A DNA stretch of 64,000 nucleotides from an uncultured bacterium (lineage in GTDB: Bacteria; Omnitrophota; Gorgyraeia; Duberdicusellales; CBEUCJ01), in assembly GCA_965541615.1 (NCBI GenBank), contig CBEUCJ010000001.1, forward strand, positions 195,754 through 259,753, read 5' to 3'. Made by a program: the position numbers and the translations under genes. Positions 18,882 through 28,170 of the stretch are shown in pieces; within the stretch, counting starts at the first letter, position 1, and each line of letters opens with the position of its first letter. Below the pieces are notes generated by a model. It saw only the letters and a program-made list of their open reading frames with translations, was not told the DNA's origin and did no database searches.

Positions 18882-19582
18882 ATGAAGTTGGAAATAGTAT
18901 TACCTGTATATAATGAAGAAGAGATTTTAGAAAAAAATGTAATAAGAGTCAAAAATTTTTTTAAGAAGCATAACTTCAAATTTATAATCTCTATTGTAGA
19001 TAATGGATCCACAGATAACACTTATAAAATTGCTAAAAATTTAGCAGATAAAAATGATAATATATTTGCTTTTAAATTGAAAAAAGGGGTAGAGGGAGAG
19101 CATTAAAATTTAGAATATTAAATTCTTCTTGTGCTATTTTGGGGTATATGGATATAGATTTATCTGCAGACCTTTATGATTTTTTGATATTGTATAGAGA
19201 AATTCAAAATGGGTATGATATAGTAATAGGTTCAAGATTGTTACCTGCTTCTTCTGTAAAAAGATCGATTCTCAGAAAATTACTTTCTCGAGTTTATAGC
19301 AAGATGGTAAGGAGAGTTTTGAATTTACCTTTTTTTGATTATCAATGTGGTTTTAAGTTATTTAGAAGAGAGAAAATCGTCTCACTAATGCCATTGATAA
19401 AAAATAATAATTGGTTTTTCGATACTGAGCTCATATTCTATGCATATAGAAAAAATTTAAAAATAAGAGAGATTCCTATAAGGTGGAAAGAAAGAAAATA
19501 TGGAAAGGTAAAGTTATTTCCTACGATTATTGAAGACATTAAAGGAATAATGAGATTGAGATTTAATAAAGAGTATTATTAG
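18882..19582 (+). pseudogene. GT2 polyprenyl-phosphate glycosyltransferase (DPM/DPG-synthase-like), split by a 1-nt frameshift
   Basis: IVLPVYNEE...VDNGSTDNT in one frame; GRGRALK...YMDIDLS...GSR...DYQCGFK...WFFDTE in another; break at the A6G4 tract (19080-19089). Confidence 0.8.
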
Positions 19583-19707
19583 CTAGTGTAGAGCATCATC
19601 AGATATATTATATGTTTCCTTTGATAAGTATAGGTTTAGTTTCAGGGTTAAGAGAAATTCAAAAATTAGTAATATACAAAAGAATAAATAATAATGAGTA
19701 GAAAACT

Positions 19708-20805
19708 TTGAAATACTCCTATTATATTAGAACATTATTAAATTATATAATTTTATATCCAAAACTTATTACTTTAAAATCCATCTATCGACTTTCTCTT
19801 TTATTATTTGGTAAAAATTATATCTCAGAACCTCTTACCATAAATTTTCTTATTACTCACAGATGTAATCTTAAATGCAAAATGTGTAGTTTTTTTGGAA
19901 GAAAGACTTATGAAACTAAAGAAAGAGATATAGAATTTGAGGATGTTAGAAAAATATTAATGAGTAGTAAAAAAATAAAGCCGATTATTTCTTTTGGTGG
20001 TGGAGAGCCATTTTTAAGAGAAGATTTTATTGATATATTAAAATTTGCTAAACATGAATGTAATTTAAAAGTGGTAGTGATTACAAATGGCTCTTTGCTT
20101 ACTGATAAGATAATAAAAACTATTGATAAACTAAACCTAATAGATTATTTTATAATATCTATACATGGTCTTTTTAATTTGCATGATGAAATAGTGGGAC
20201 TAAAGGGAGCTTTTGATAGAGTTGTTTCTAATATAAGAAAATTCTCTAAGAAACTTAAATCGAAGGTGATCGTTTCCTCAGTATTAATGAGAGAGAATAT
20301 ATTCTTTTTTGATGATTTTATAAGATTCTTTTTAAATGAAGGTATAAAAAAAATAAAAATAGAGCATTTGAACTTCCTAACAGAAGAAGAAACTAATCTT
20401 TATCAAAAAGAAAATATTTTTTTACCATTTACATTTATAAGAAAAGATTTATTCGAGAAAGAATTTATTGAAAAAGCTTGGTATACACTCGTTAATCTTA
20501 AAAGAAAATATCGTTCCAAACTCATTATTAAACCACCTCTCTCTCGAAAACAGTTTTATGAATGGTATGAAAAAAAAATTGGGAATAGCAATGAATTTTA
20601 TAGGCTTAGATGTGTTTTTATAAAACATTCTTTATTTATCGATCCACAAGGAGAAGTAATTCCATGCCAATTCCTTCGTAATTGTAAGATAGGAAATACC
20701 AAAAACAATGATCTTCTTAAATTGTGGAATTCTGCAATATATAAAAATATAAGAAAAATAATAAACAAAAGTAATTTTCCTGTTTGTTTTAGATGTTGTA
20801 AATAG
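19708..20805 (+). CDS. Radical SAM/SPASM(twitch) protein
   Basis: CNLKCKMC, GGGEP, ITNG, C...IDPQGEVIPC...CFRCC. Confidence 0.88.
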   Translation: MKYSYYIRTLLNYIILYPKLITLKSIYRLSLLLFGKNYISEPLTINFLITHRCNLKCKMCSFFGRKTYETKERDIEFEDVRKILMSSKKIKPIISFGGGEPFLREDFIDILKFAKHECNLKVVVITNGSLLTDKIIKTIDKLNLIDYFIISIHGLFNLHDEIVGLKGAFDRVVSNIRKFSKKLKSKVIVSSVLMRENIFFFDDFIRFFLNEGIKKIKIEHLNFLTEEETNLYQKENIFLPFTFIRKDLFEKEFIEKAWYTLVNLKRKYRSKLIIKPPLSRKQFYEWYEKKIGNSNEFYRLRCVFIKHSLFIDPQGEVIPCQFLRNCKIGNTKNNDLLKLWNSAIYKNIRKIINKSNFPVCFRCCK

Positions 20806-20814
20806 TTTTCATTT

Positions 20815-23800
20815 ATGGCAGACTTCCCCAAATACCTTTCTATTCAAACCACATCTTTATGTAATGCTTCTTGTGTATTTTGTCCCTATAAAGATATAAA
20901 AGATTTATTTCCTAAAAAAATTATGGATATGAGACTATTTAAAAAAATAATAAATGAATGTTCAAACTATAAAGTTGAAAGAATAATCCTTTACATGAAT
21001 AATGAGCCTTTAACTGATCCTTACATAATAGAAAGGGTCAACTATGCAAAAGAAAAAGTACCTTGGGCTTGTGTTCATATTTTAACTAATGGTGTATTAC
21101 TTACTGATGAAATGGCAGAAAAAATTTTAAATTCAAAATTAGATTGGATTGGAATAAGTTTTCATGGGATAAGAAAAGAGACGGTTGAGAAAACAATGGG
21201 TATAAATTTTGATATAACATTTGAAAGGATTAATAAATTTATAGAAAAGGCAAAAAAAATAAAGAATATAAAGGAATACATAATGATAACTTTCCTAAAG
21301 CATAAATATTTAACAGATGAAGAAAAAGAAGAAGCGATTAAATACTGGAGAAATAAAGGAATAGAAAGAATTAGTTTTTTTGAAGCTCCTATCTCACGTG
21401 CAGGGAATGTAAAAAGTCTAAATAAGATATATCATAAAGAAAAAATTGTTGGTTGTAAATCTATATGGGCAGAAGAAATGATTCATATTACTGAGGATGG
21501 AAAAGTAATTTTATGTTGTATGGATTGGAGAAGGGAAGTTATTTTAGGAGATTTGAATAAAGAAAGTATATACAGTGTGTGGAATGGAAGAAGAAAAGAA
21601 ATTTGGCAGATGATTAAAGGATATAAAGAGATGCCAGAGGATTTTTTATGTAGAAGATGTGAAGAAGCAATAACAGAAAAAGAAAAAAAATCAGTTTTAC
21701 TTGTGAACTTACCTCCTTGGGGTGTAGATACTCCTTATTTAGGTATTGCTTCTCTTGCTAGTTATCTTAATAAGAACAGAATACCTACTCAAATATTCGA
21801 TTTTAATATAGAGTTGTATAATCTCGTTCCTTCAGAATATAAGTATCTATGGGGTATGAACTATAGTAGTTGGTGGAAAAATAAGTTTAGTTTTATTAAA
21901 GATAAAATAGGTCCTCATATTTATGCTTTAATGGAAAGATTGTTATACTTTCCTCACAAAATAATAGGATTTTCTCTTCCTTCAAATTGGTCATACACAA
22001 TTTTAGAAGAAATAGTAAGAAAAATAAAAGAGAGGGATAAAAATAAAATAATAATATTAGGAGGGATTTCTATATCAATAAAAGAACAAAGATTTGAGAT
22101 TTTAAAACGAATAGAAAAATATATAGATTATTGCATCATTGGTGAAGGAGAAAAGGCTTTGTATGAGATAGTAAAGAACATTTTTGAGAAAAAAGAAGAT
22201 GATATAAAAAAGATTAAAGGAGTATTAACAAAGGATACTTTTTTTAGTGATGGAGAAAAAGCAGAGATAGAATCACTCGATGAATTACCTTTTCCTTCCT
22301 TTGAGGAGTTTGATCTTGAAAAATACACTGCAAAAGGTAGCCTTCCTATAGAATTTTCTCGAGGGTGTATAGGTAATTGTTCATTTTGCGATTTTAAAAT
22401 AATTTCTCCTCGATTTAAGAAAAAGACAGCTTCTTACATTTTTAATCAGATTAAATATTATATAGAAAAGTATGGCATAAACCATCTTACAGTTGTAGAT
22501 CCTGCACTAAATTCAGATATAAAAACTTTAGAAGAATTATGTGATTTGCTAATCAAATACAAGGTTAAAATTAAGTTATCTGGTTTAGCTATTCCCCGAA
22601 AAGAGATGAGTTATGAATTACTCTGTAAGATGAAAAAAGCAGGCTTTTACCGTTTAGAATATGGAGTTGAAAGTGGCTCTGATAAAATTCTTAAGTTAAT
22701 GAGGAAAATGTTTACTTCTGAGATAGCTGAGAAAGTGATTAAAGATACTCATAGAGCAGGAATAGAAGTACATTTATATTTTATAGTAGGTTTTCCTGGA
22801 GAAGGAGAAAAAGAATTTAATGAAACAAAAGAATTTTTAAAAAGAGTAGCTTTATACGTAACAGCAATAAAATCAATTAATCCTCTTTATGTAATGGCAG
22901 GTTCAGAAATATTTTATCATCCAGAGAAATATGGGATTATTATACCTGATAATGAAGGTGATAGAAAATGGTATACAGTGAATTTAGATAACACTTTTGA
23001 TATAAGAAGAGAAAGAGTATTGGAGTTAAAAAGATGGGCAAAAGAACTAAATATAAAATTTTCAGAAGATGCTGAATCTTTGGAATTCACCTTAAAATTT
23101 GCTGAAAAGAAAAAAGAAAATGAAATTATAAGTATAAAAAAGAAAACGTTACCTGAGGAAGTTAAAAAATGTGATTTTCTTTTAATTAATCTTCCTCCTT
23201 GGTCTCAAGAAAATCCTCATATAGGTGTTGGTTATTTATGCAGTTATTTAAGAAAAAAAAGATTCAAACCTAAAGTTTTAGATTTAAATAAAAAATTTTA
23301 TCTTAACCATCAAGATTTTAAAATGCTCTGGCATGTGGAGAATAAAAATTTCTGGTCAAATGAATCTACATTTCCTTTGATTTTGAAAATTTTCAAAGAG
23401 GATATAGATAAAGCAATAGAGGAAGTTATTTCTTACGATTGTGAAGTTTTGGGGTTTTCTGTAGTAGATCCAAAAGAAAAACTTACCATTGAATTTATAA
23501 AAAGAATAAAAGAGAAAGCACCAGACAAAAAAATAATATTGGGAGGTCCTGCCACCTCTACTTATGAGCAGAGAAAGATTTTTTTAGATAATGTGGATAA
23601 AGATATAACTGCTTTTGTTATTGGAGAAGGTGAAGTCGCTCTCTTTTCTTTGTTGAGAAATATTTTAGAAAAGAGGGAGATAGATAACATTGAAGGATGT
23701 ATGGTTAAAAAAGATGGTAAGTGGAAATATAAAGAAAGAAAATTTTTTATTCCTCTTGATGAATTACCTTTTCCTACCTATGAAGAATTTGATATGAGTC

Positions 23801-24810
23801 TATATGGAAGATCTATTTTAGTTGAATGGTCAAGAGGTTGTATTGGAAGATGCGCTTTTTGTAAAAACTACAAACTTTTCCCTGTATTTAGAGTAAGATC
23901 TCCTGAGAATATATTAAAAGAATTAAGATTTCATAAAGAGAAATATAAAATTGAAGAATTCACAGTAGTAGATAATATATTAAATGGAGATTTAAATAAT
24001 TTAAGAAAAGTTTGTGAAAAAATAATAAAGGAAAATTTAAAAATAAGATGGACAGGCCAAATTGCTCCTTCAAAAAATATGGATTTTGAATTTTTTAAAT
24101 TATTAAAAAAAACAGGTTGTTTTAAATTACAAATTGGGTTTGAATCTGCTTCAAATAAGGTATTAAAAAAAATGAGAAAAACTTTTACTCAAGAAATATC
24201 TGAAAAGAATATAAGATATGCAAAGAAAGCAGGAATAGAAACAGAAATTTTTGTAATGGTAGGTTTTCCTGGTGAAGATGAAAAAGAATTTAAAAAGACT
24301 TATAATTTTATAAAAAGAAACTCAAAATATATTGATACTATAAAATCTATAAATACTCTGCATTTAATAGCAGGAACAGATGTATATGAGAAAAGAGAAG
24401 ATTTTGGAATAAAACCTTTACCTAAAGAAAATTGGCATTATTTATGGGAGACTTACGATGGAAATAATTATAAAATAAGAAAAAGAAGAGCAGAAATACT
24501 TTTAGATTTAGCTTACAATTTAGGAATAAAAGTTATGGAGACGAATATAACTGAAGGTAAAGAAAGTATATTTAAAGTTATAAAAGAAAAACCTCTTTGT
24601 GAAAAAATAGAATTGTTAAGGTCTTCCATTAATAATTTACAAGAACTCCCTCAAAAAAGAATAAGGAAGATAAGAAAAAAAAGGAGCTTTTTGAAGTATT
24701 TTATTTTGTTTTCACTTTCTTTTTACATATTTTTTTATATTGTATATTTTTGGATGTATATGATTTTAAAGAAAAAGATTATTTGGGGAGGAAAGTTGAA
24801 TAAGAAATAA
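20815..24810 (+). CDS. Radical SAM/SPASM domain fused to two B12-binding radical SAM modules, with C-terminal membrane anchor
   Basis: CNASCVFC plus CCMDW...CRRC; two NLPPW...GEGE...SRGCIGxCxFC...G(V/F)ES...VGFPGE modules; hydrophobic C-terminal helix. Confidence 0.88.
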   Translation: MADFPKYLSIQTTSLCNASCVFCPYKDIKDLFPKKIMDMRLFKKIINECSNYKVERIILYMNNEPLTDPYIIERVNYAKEKVPWACVHILTNGVLLTDEMAEKILNSKLDWIGISFHGIRKETVEKTMGINFDITFERINKFIEKAKKIKNIKEYIMITFLKHKYLTDEEKEEAIKYWRNKGIERISFFEAPISRAGNVKSLNKIYHKEKIVGCKSIWAEEMIHITEDGKVILCCMDWRREVILGDLNKESIYSVWNGRRKEIWQMIKGYKEMPEDFLCRRCEEAITEKEKKSVLLVNLPPWGVDTPYLGIASLASYLNKNRIPTQIFDFNIELYNLVPSEYKYLWGMNYSSWWKNKFSFIKDKIGPHIYALMERLLYFPHKIIGFSLPSNWSYTILEEIVRKIKERDKNKIIILGGISISIKEQRFEILKRIEKYIDYCIIGEGEKALYEIVKNIFEKKEDDIKKIKGVLTKDTFFSDGEKAEIESLDELPFPSFEEFDLEKYTAKGSLPIEFSRGCIGNCSFCDFKIISPRFKKKTASYIFNQIKYYIEKYGINHLTVVDPALNSDIKTLEELCDLLIKYKVKIKLSGLAIPRKEMSYELLCKMKKAGFYRLEYGVESGSDKILKLMRKMFTSEIAEKVIKDTHRAGIEVHLYFIVGFPGEGEKEFNETKEFLKRVALYVTAIKSINPLYVMAGSEIFYHPEKYGIIIPDNEGDRKWYTVNLDNTFDIRRERVLELKRWAKELNIKFSEDAESLEFTLKFAEKKKENEIISIKKKTLPEEVKKCDFLLINLPPWSQENPHIGVGYLCSYLRKKRFKPKVLDLNKKFYLNHQDFKMLWHVENKNFWSNESTFPLILKIFKEDIDKAIEEVISYDCEVLGFSVVDPKEKLTIEFIKRIKEKAPDKKIILGGPATSTYEQRKIFLDNVDKDITAFVIGEGEVALFSLLRNILEKREIDNIEGCMVKKDGKWKYKERKFFIPLDELPFPTYEEFDMSLYGRSILVEWSRGCIGRCAFCKNYKLFPVFRVRSPENILKELRFHKEKYKIEEFTVVDNILNGDLNNLRKVCEKIIKENLKIRWTGQIAPSKNMDFEFFKLLKKTGCFKLQIGFESASNKVLKKMRKTFTQEISEKNIRYAKKAGIETEIFVMVGFPGEDEKEFKKTYNFIKRNSKYIDTIKSINTLHLIAGTDVYEKREDFGIKPLPKENWHYLWETYDGNNYKIRKRRAEILLDLAYNLGIKVMETNITEGKESIFKVIKEKPLCEKIELLRSSINNLQELPQKRIRKIRKKRSFLKYFILFSLSFYIFFYIVYFWMYMILKKKIIWGGKLNKK

Positions 24811-25029
24811 TCATAGGTTATGAGAATAATGTCAATACAGAAGAATAATAAGAGTCTTAAAAGAGAATTTAATCTAAATGGAAAATGTGCGTTACTAAAG
24901 AACTAAAATAAAATTTTGGAAGCATGGAAAAACAAATTGCAATATTATTTATCTTCATTTTCAATTTGGAGAAAATTTTATAAATTAAAGGTAAAATGAG
25001 TAGAAGTTTAATAAATTTTTGTTTGATAA

Positions 25030-26490
25030 ATGAGAAGTGATACAAATAATACAATGAAAAATTTACTATTTGTATTTGGTATATTATTTCTCTTAAGACT
25101 GTACCATCTATCCTTTCAAGACTTCTGGTACGATGAAATATACACAGTTCGACATGTGAAAGTGCCTTGGTTTATTTGGAATCCTCCTTTTTATTACATT
25201 TTTCTTCATTTTTGGATAAGACTTTTTGGTATTTGTGAATTTTCTTTGAGATTTCCTTCTTTGATTTTCAGTTTTTTATCTTGTATATTGTTATTTTTAT
25301 TGGGTAAAAGACTCTTTAATGAAAAGATAGCTTTTATTGCTGTGCTTTTTATGGGATTATCTCCTTTTCAAATATGGTATGCTCAAGAAGCACGCAGTTA
25401 TAGCATGTTATTATTTTTCTCTTTATTGTCAAATTATTTATTTTTAAAAGCGATAGAAAAGGATAAACTACAATTATGGCTTTATTTTGTAGTAGTCTCA
25501 AGTTTGGGAGTTTATGTTAATTACTTTTTTATTTTTTTAATTGTAACTCAATTATTTTATCTTCTTTTTTCTAGGAAATTATCTTTATCTAAATTAGGTT
25601 TCTTTTCATTAATTTCAATTTTATTTTTGCCTTATTTAAAAAGATTTCTAGCAAAGTTTTTTACAGTGAAGAACGGTTTTTGGATCCCTCCTCCTTACAT
25701 GATGTCTTTTATATTTACATTAGAAAATTTTATTTTAGGATATAATGCTTTTTCTTTTTTGTATCGTTTGATAGATATTATAATTGCAGTAAGTTTTTTT
25801 GTGAGCTTGGCATATTCTTTAAAAATATTTGGAAAAAACGTTTTATTTTGTTTTTTCTTTCTCTTTTCCCCTCTTATATTAGTTTTTACCTTTTCTAAAC
25901 TATTTTTTTCTATTTATTTAGATAGAGGGTTAATATTTTCAAGCCCATATTTGTATTTACTTTTATCTTTGGGTTTATTTTATCTACCAAAAGGAGTAGT
26001 AAAACTTATAATTTTTAGTATAGTAGGATATAGTCTATTCTTCAGCCTTTTCCTTTACTACCGTAATGATTTTCTTTCTCCCCCTTTTCATCATATAGGT
26101 GTGGTGCCTAAATTGCCTATAAAGCCCCTCGTAAAATTTGTGGAGAATAATTTTAAGGAGGGAGATATGATTTTTTTTACAAATTATTCTCTTCTGCCTT
26201 CTTTTAGATTTTATAGTAAGAAAAAAGAATTATTATATTTTTTGTTTTTTCCTGGTAAAGCATTTAATCCTTTTTCTGCAAAACCTATTCAAGAAGCTTT
26301 ATTTCAAATTTCTGTTCAGAAAGTAAAAAAATTAAAATTTAATAAATTGTGGGTGATTTCCTGTAACTGGGAAAGAGACGGTTATTTAGATGAAAATTCA
26401 AAAGCAGTTAATGATTTTTTAATTAAGAATTTTAAATTAGAATTAGTAAAGGAAATCGATAAGACATGGGTATATAGATACAGCAGGTAA
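25030..26490 (+). CDS. GT-C fold glycosyltransferase (PMT-2/GT39/ArnT-like)
   Basis: FWYDE, PPFYY, LRFPS, YAQEARSYS; many TM helices; start may be 25054. Confidence 0.82.
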   Translation: MRSDTNNTMKNLLFVFGILFLLRLYHLSFQDFWYDEIYTVRHVKVPWFIWNPPFYYIFLHFWIRLFGICEFSLRFPSLIFSFLSCILLFLLGKRLFNEKIAFIAVLFMGLSPFQIWYAQEARSYSMLLFFSLLSNYLFLKAIEKDKLQLWLYFVVVSSLGVYVNYFFIFLIVTQLFYLLFSRKLSLSKLGFFSLISILFLPYLKRFLAKFFTVKNGFWIPPPYMMSFIFTLENFILGYNAFSFLYRLIDIIIAVSFFVSLAYSLKIFGKNVLFCFFFLFSPLILVFTFSKLFFSIYLDRGLIFSSPYLYLLLSLGLFYLPKGVVKLIIFSIVGYSLFFSLFLYYRNDFLSPPFHHIGVVPKLPIKPLVKFVENNFKEGDMIFFTNYSLLPSFRFYSKKKELLYFLFFPGKAFNPFSAKPIQEALFQISVQKVKKLKFNKLWVISCNWERDGYLDENSKAVNDFLIKNFKLELVKEIDKTWVYRYSR

Positions 26491-26560
26491 TGTTCTCAAT
26501 TTATATTTTAGTATTTGTATGAATTACTTGAGAAATACTCTAAATTCATTTTTGATGTAA

Positions 26561-27727
26561 ATGAACGTTCTGATGATACATCCTCATGATTTGTTCGCAT
26601 GTGCAGAACCCTGGACAATAAGAATTATAAATATTGCAAAAGAGTTTGTAAAATTAAATCATAAAGTAAGACTTTGTTATTTTCCTTTATCTTTTGGAGA
26701 AAAAAATACGAAAAAAATTGATTCTATAGAAATTTTTCCCTTGGAAAGGAGACCAACTCCAATTTCATTTTTGAGAAATGTAAAAAAATTGATAGAATTA
26801 GCAAAATGGGCAGATGTAATTCATTTTCAAAAATGTCATCATTATTCAGCTATACCTGCAGTTTTAGCTGCTTATATTACAGGAAAACCCCTTCATTATG
26901 ATTGGGATGATTGGGAGGAAAAAATATGGTATGAGTCTTGTGGTAAAAGTTTACATTCAAGATTTATAGGTGTTTCTTTTAAAATTTTAGAAAGATGGCT
27001 TCCTGTTTTGGCTGATTCAGTTTCATGTTCTAGTAATTATCTAAAAAAAATAGCTTATAAATATGGAGTAAAAAAAGAATATATTTTTGATAGCCCTGTG
27101 GGGGCAGATTTAGAAAAATTTAGACCTGATTTAAATGGAAGCTGGGTTAGAGAAAAATACGATATAAAGGAACATTTAGTTTTATATATAGGGCAACTTC
27201 ATGGTGCTCAATATGTGGATTTATTCATAAAAGCAGCAAATATAGTTTTACATGAAAAACCAAATGCTACTTTTATGATTGTAGGAGAAGGATTTTTAAG
27301 GAGAAAATTAGAAAGATTAGTACAGGATTTAGGAATAGAAAATAAAGTTATTTTTACAGGAGCTGTTCCTCATAAAGAGATTCCTTATTATATTTGTGCA
27401 GCTGATATTTGTGTAGCTTCTTTTAAAAAAACAGAAGTGACTCAATGCAAATCTCCGTTAAAAATTGTAGAATATTTAGCTTGTGGAAAGCCAGTTGTAG
27501 CAAGTTTAGTAGGAGAAGTAAGAAGTATGGTGGGAGGAGTAGGTGTGTTAGTAGAACCTGGTAATCATTTGAATTTAGCAAAAGCTATAATCTTTCTTCT
27601 TGAAAATGAAGAGATAAGAAAAGAATTAGGCAAAAGAGCAAGAAAAAGAGTAGAATACAAATACAACTGGAATTTTACTGCTAAATCGATACTTTCTGCT
27701 TATGAAAAGATTTTAAATGACCCATGA
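26561..27727 (+). CDS. Glycosyltransferase family 4
   Basis: YIGQL, VGEG, KSPLKIVEYLACGKPVVAS; DWDDWE motif like the DMDDWE of 5849-6943. Confidence 0.88.
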   Translation: MNVLMIHPHDLFACAEPWTIRIINIAKEFVKLNHKVRLCYFPLSFGEKNTKKIDSIEIFPLERRPTPISFLRNVKKLIELAKWADVIHFQKCHHYSAIPAVLAAYITGKPLHYDWDDWEEKIWYESCGKSLHSRFIGVSFKILERWLPVLADSVSCSSNYLKKIAYKYGVKKEYIFDSPVGADLEKFRPDLNGSWVREKYDIKEHLVLYIGQLHGAQYVDLFIKAANIVLHEKPNATFMIVGEGFLRRKLERLVQDLGIENKVIFTGAVPHKEIPYYICAADICVASFKKTEVTQCKSPLKIVEYLACGKPVVASLVGEVRSMVGGVGVLVEPGNHLNLAKAIIFLLENEEIRKELGKRARKRVEYKYNWNFTAKSILSAYEKILNDP

Positions 27728-28170
27728 AAAGAGCTAACTATAAGTTACTGGGAGAGATTTTAGTAGAAGAGGGATTTATTAAAAAAGAGGATTTAGAAAT
27801 AGCGTTGGAAAGAAAAAAAAGAGAAAAGAAAATGTTAGGAGAAATTCTTTTAGAAATGGGTAGCTTAAAAGAAGAGGAGTTAGTTCAAGTTTTAAGTCTT
27901 CAATTTGGTTCTTCTTATTTACCTTTGGATAATTATGAGATAGATTTTCAAATAGTAAAAAGAATCCCTCAGGATATAATAGAAAAATATAAGATAATTC
28001 CTATCGATATTATTGGGAATATTTTAACGATAGTTACATTCGATCCTTCAAATTTAGAGTTAGAAGAATTGGAGAACGTATTAGGGTTTGATATACAGGT
28101 TTTTATATGTACAAAAAGTGAATTTGAGAGGGCTTTAAAGAAAATTAAACAGAATGTTTCTTCAGGATAA
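27724..28170 (+). CDS. Stand-alone T2SSE_N / MshEN-like domain protein
   Basis: LLGEILVEEGFI...MLGEILLEMG tandem motif and KYKIIP...DP; no ATPase domain. Confidence 0.75.
   Translation: MKRANYKLLGEILVEEGFIKKEDLEIALERKKREKKMLGEILLEMGSLKEEELVQVLSLQFGSSYLPLDNYEIDFQIVKRIPQDIIEKYKIIPIDIIGNILTIVTFDPSNLELEELENVLGFDIQVFICTKSEFERALKKIKQNVSSG

Noticed and set aside
14555-24810. SPASM proteins as RiPP maturases
   Set aside because: No precursor peptide or PqqD/RRE domain seen in this operon; context and CBM-like insert point to carbohydrates
24869-25054. 61-aa minus-strand ORF in the operon gap
   Set aside because: Low complexity, opposite to operon direction, no SD or motif
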